From the NCBI GenBank assembly GCA_964106915.2, contig OZ066914.1: a DNA stretch of 64,000 nt; one strand, given 5' to 3'. Below, one piece after another: positions 63,708 to 64,000 of the stretch. Position 1 is the first letter of the stretch; every line of letters starts with the position of its first letter. This DNA is from Podarcis gaigeae. Taxonomy: Eukaryota. A model generated the notes under the pieces. That model saw only the letters and a list, made by a program, of their open reading frames with translations, did not search any database and was not told the origin of the DNA. The translations under genes and the position numbers were made by a program.

Positions 63708-64000
63708 TAACCTTACTTTTTACATAAGCTGAGGTTGATTTATATGGCTCAGATGCCTGCATTGCATTTCACTTAGAGTCATATATTTTCAACAGAAATA
63801 TCAAGAAATTTGTTACAAAGAACAGATACCAGTCTTCTGCCCCAACGACCCAGATGTAATAAAATTCCTTCAAATTCAGTAAGGGGTCTAGCAGCTTATG
63901 CCTTAAGGGCAGGATCAACCAATAAATGTTGAAATTGGTAGATACATATCCAATTAAGCTCTGGTTCTCGTCAGCCTTATAATTCTGCTGTTGCAATCTT

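Noticed and set aside
63769-63996. 75-aa hydrophobic minus-strand ORF open at the window edge
   Set aside because: No recognisable homology and TTG start only; it cannot be evaluated without the adjacent sequence.

Overview
This is vertebrate genomic DNA, most likely from a lacertid lizard. That is an inference from the near-consensus Sauria/Squam1 SINEs, Squam3-like SINEs, and squamate-type L2, CR1 and hAT/Tc1-mariner MITEs. I recognise no protein-coding exon. The main host feature is a CpG island at about 4.9-6.2 kb. It looks like the promoter and uORF-rich first exon of an unidentified minus-strand gene, with a CAG|GTAAGA donor at 5340/5339, running off the left edge. The remaining ~58 kb is upstream or intergenic DNA dense in transposons, many with intact TIRs and target-site duplications, plus a 200-N assembly gap. 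The most unusual object is a 1467-bp non-autonomous hAT element (47259-48725) with perfect 15-bp TIRs and a perfect 8-bp TSD. It carries no transposase. Its interior is CpG-rich, promoter-like cargo plus a tail-less L2 fragment, so it is a candidate 'Pack-hAT' mobile CpG island. Also notable: a solo LTR with a 5x103-bp internal array nested in an L2; a mariner MITE nested in a hAT MITE whose empty-site paralog is in the same window; and an L1-5'UTR-like segment with an antisense splice donor. Repeat family names come from recalled consensus features, not from database searches.
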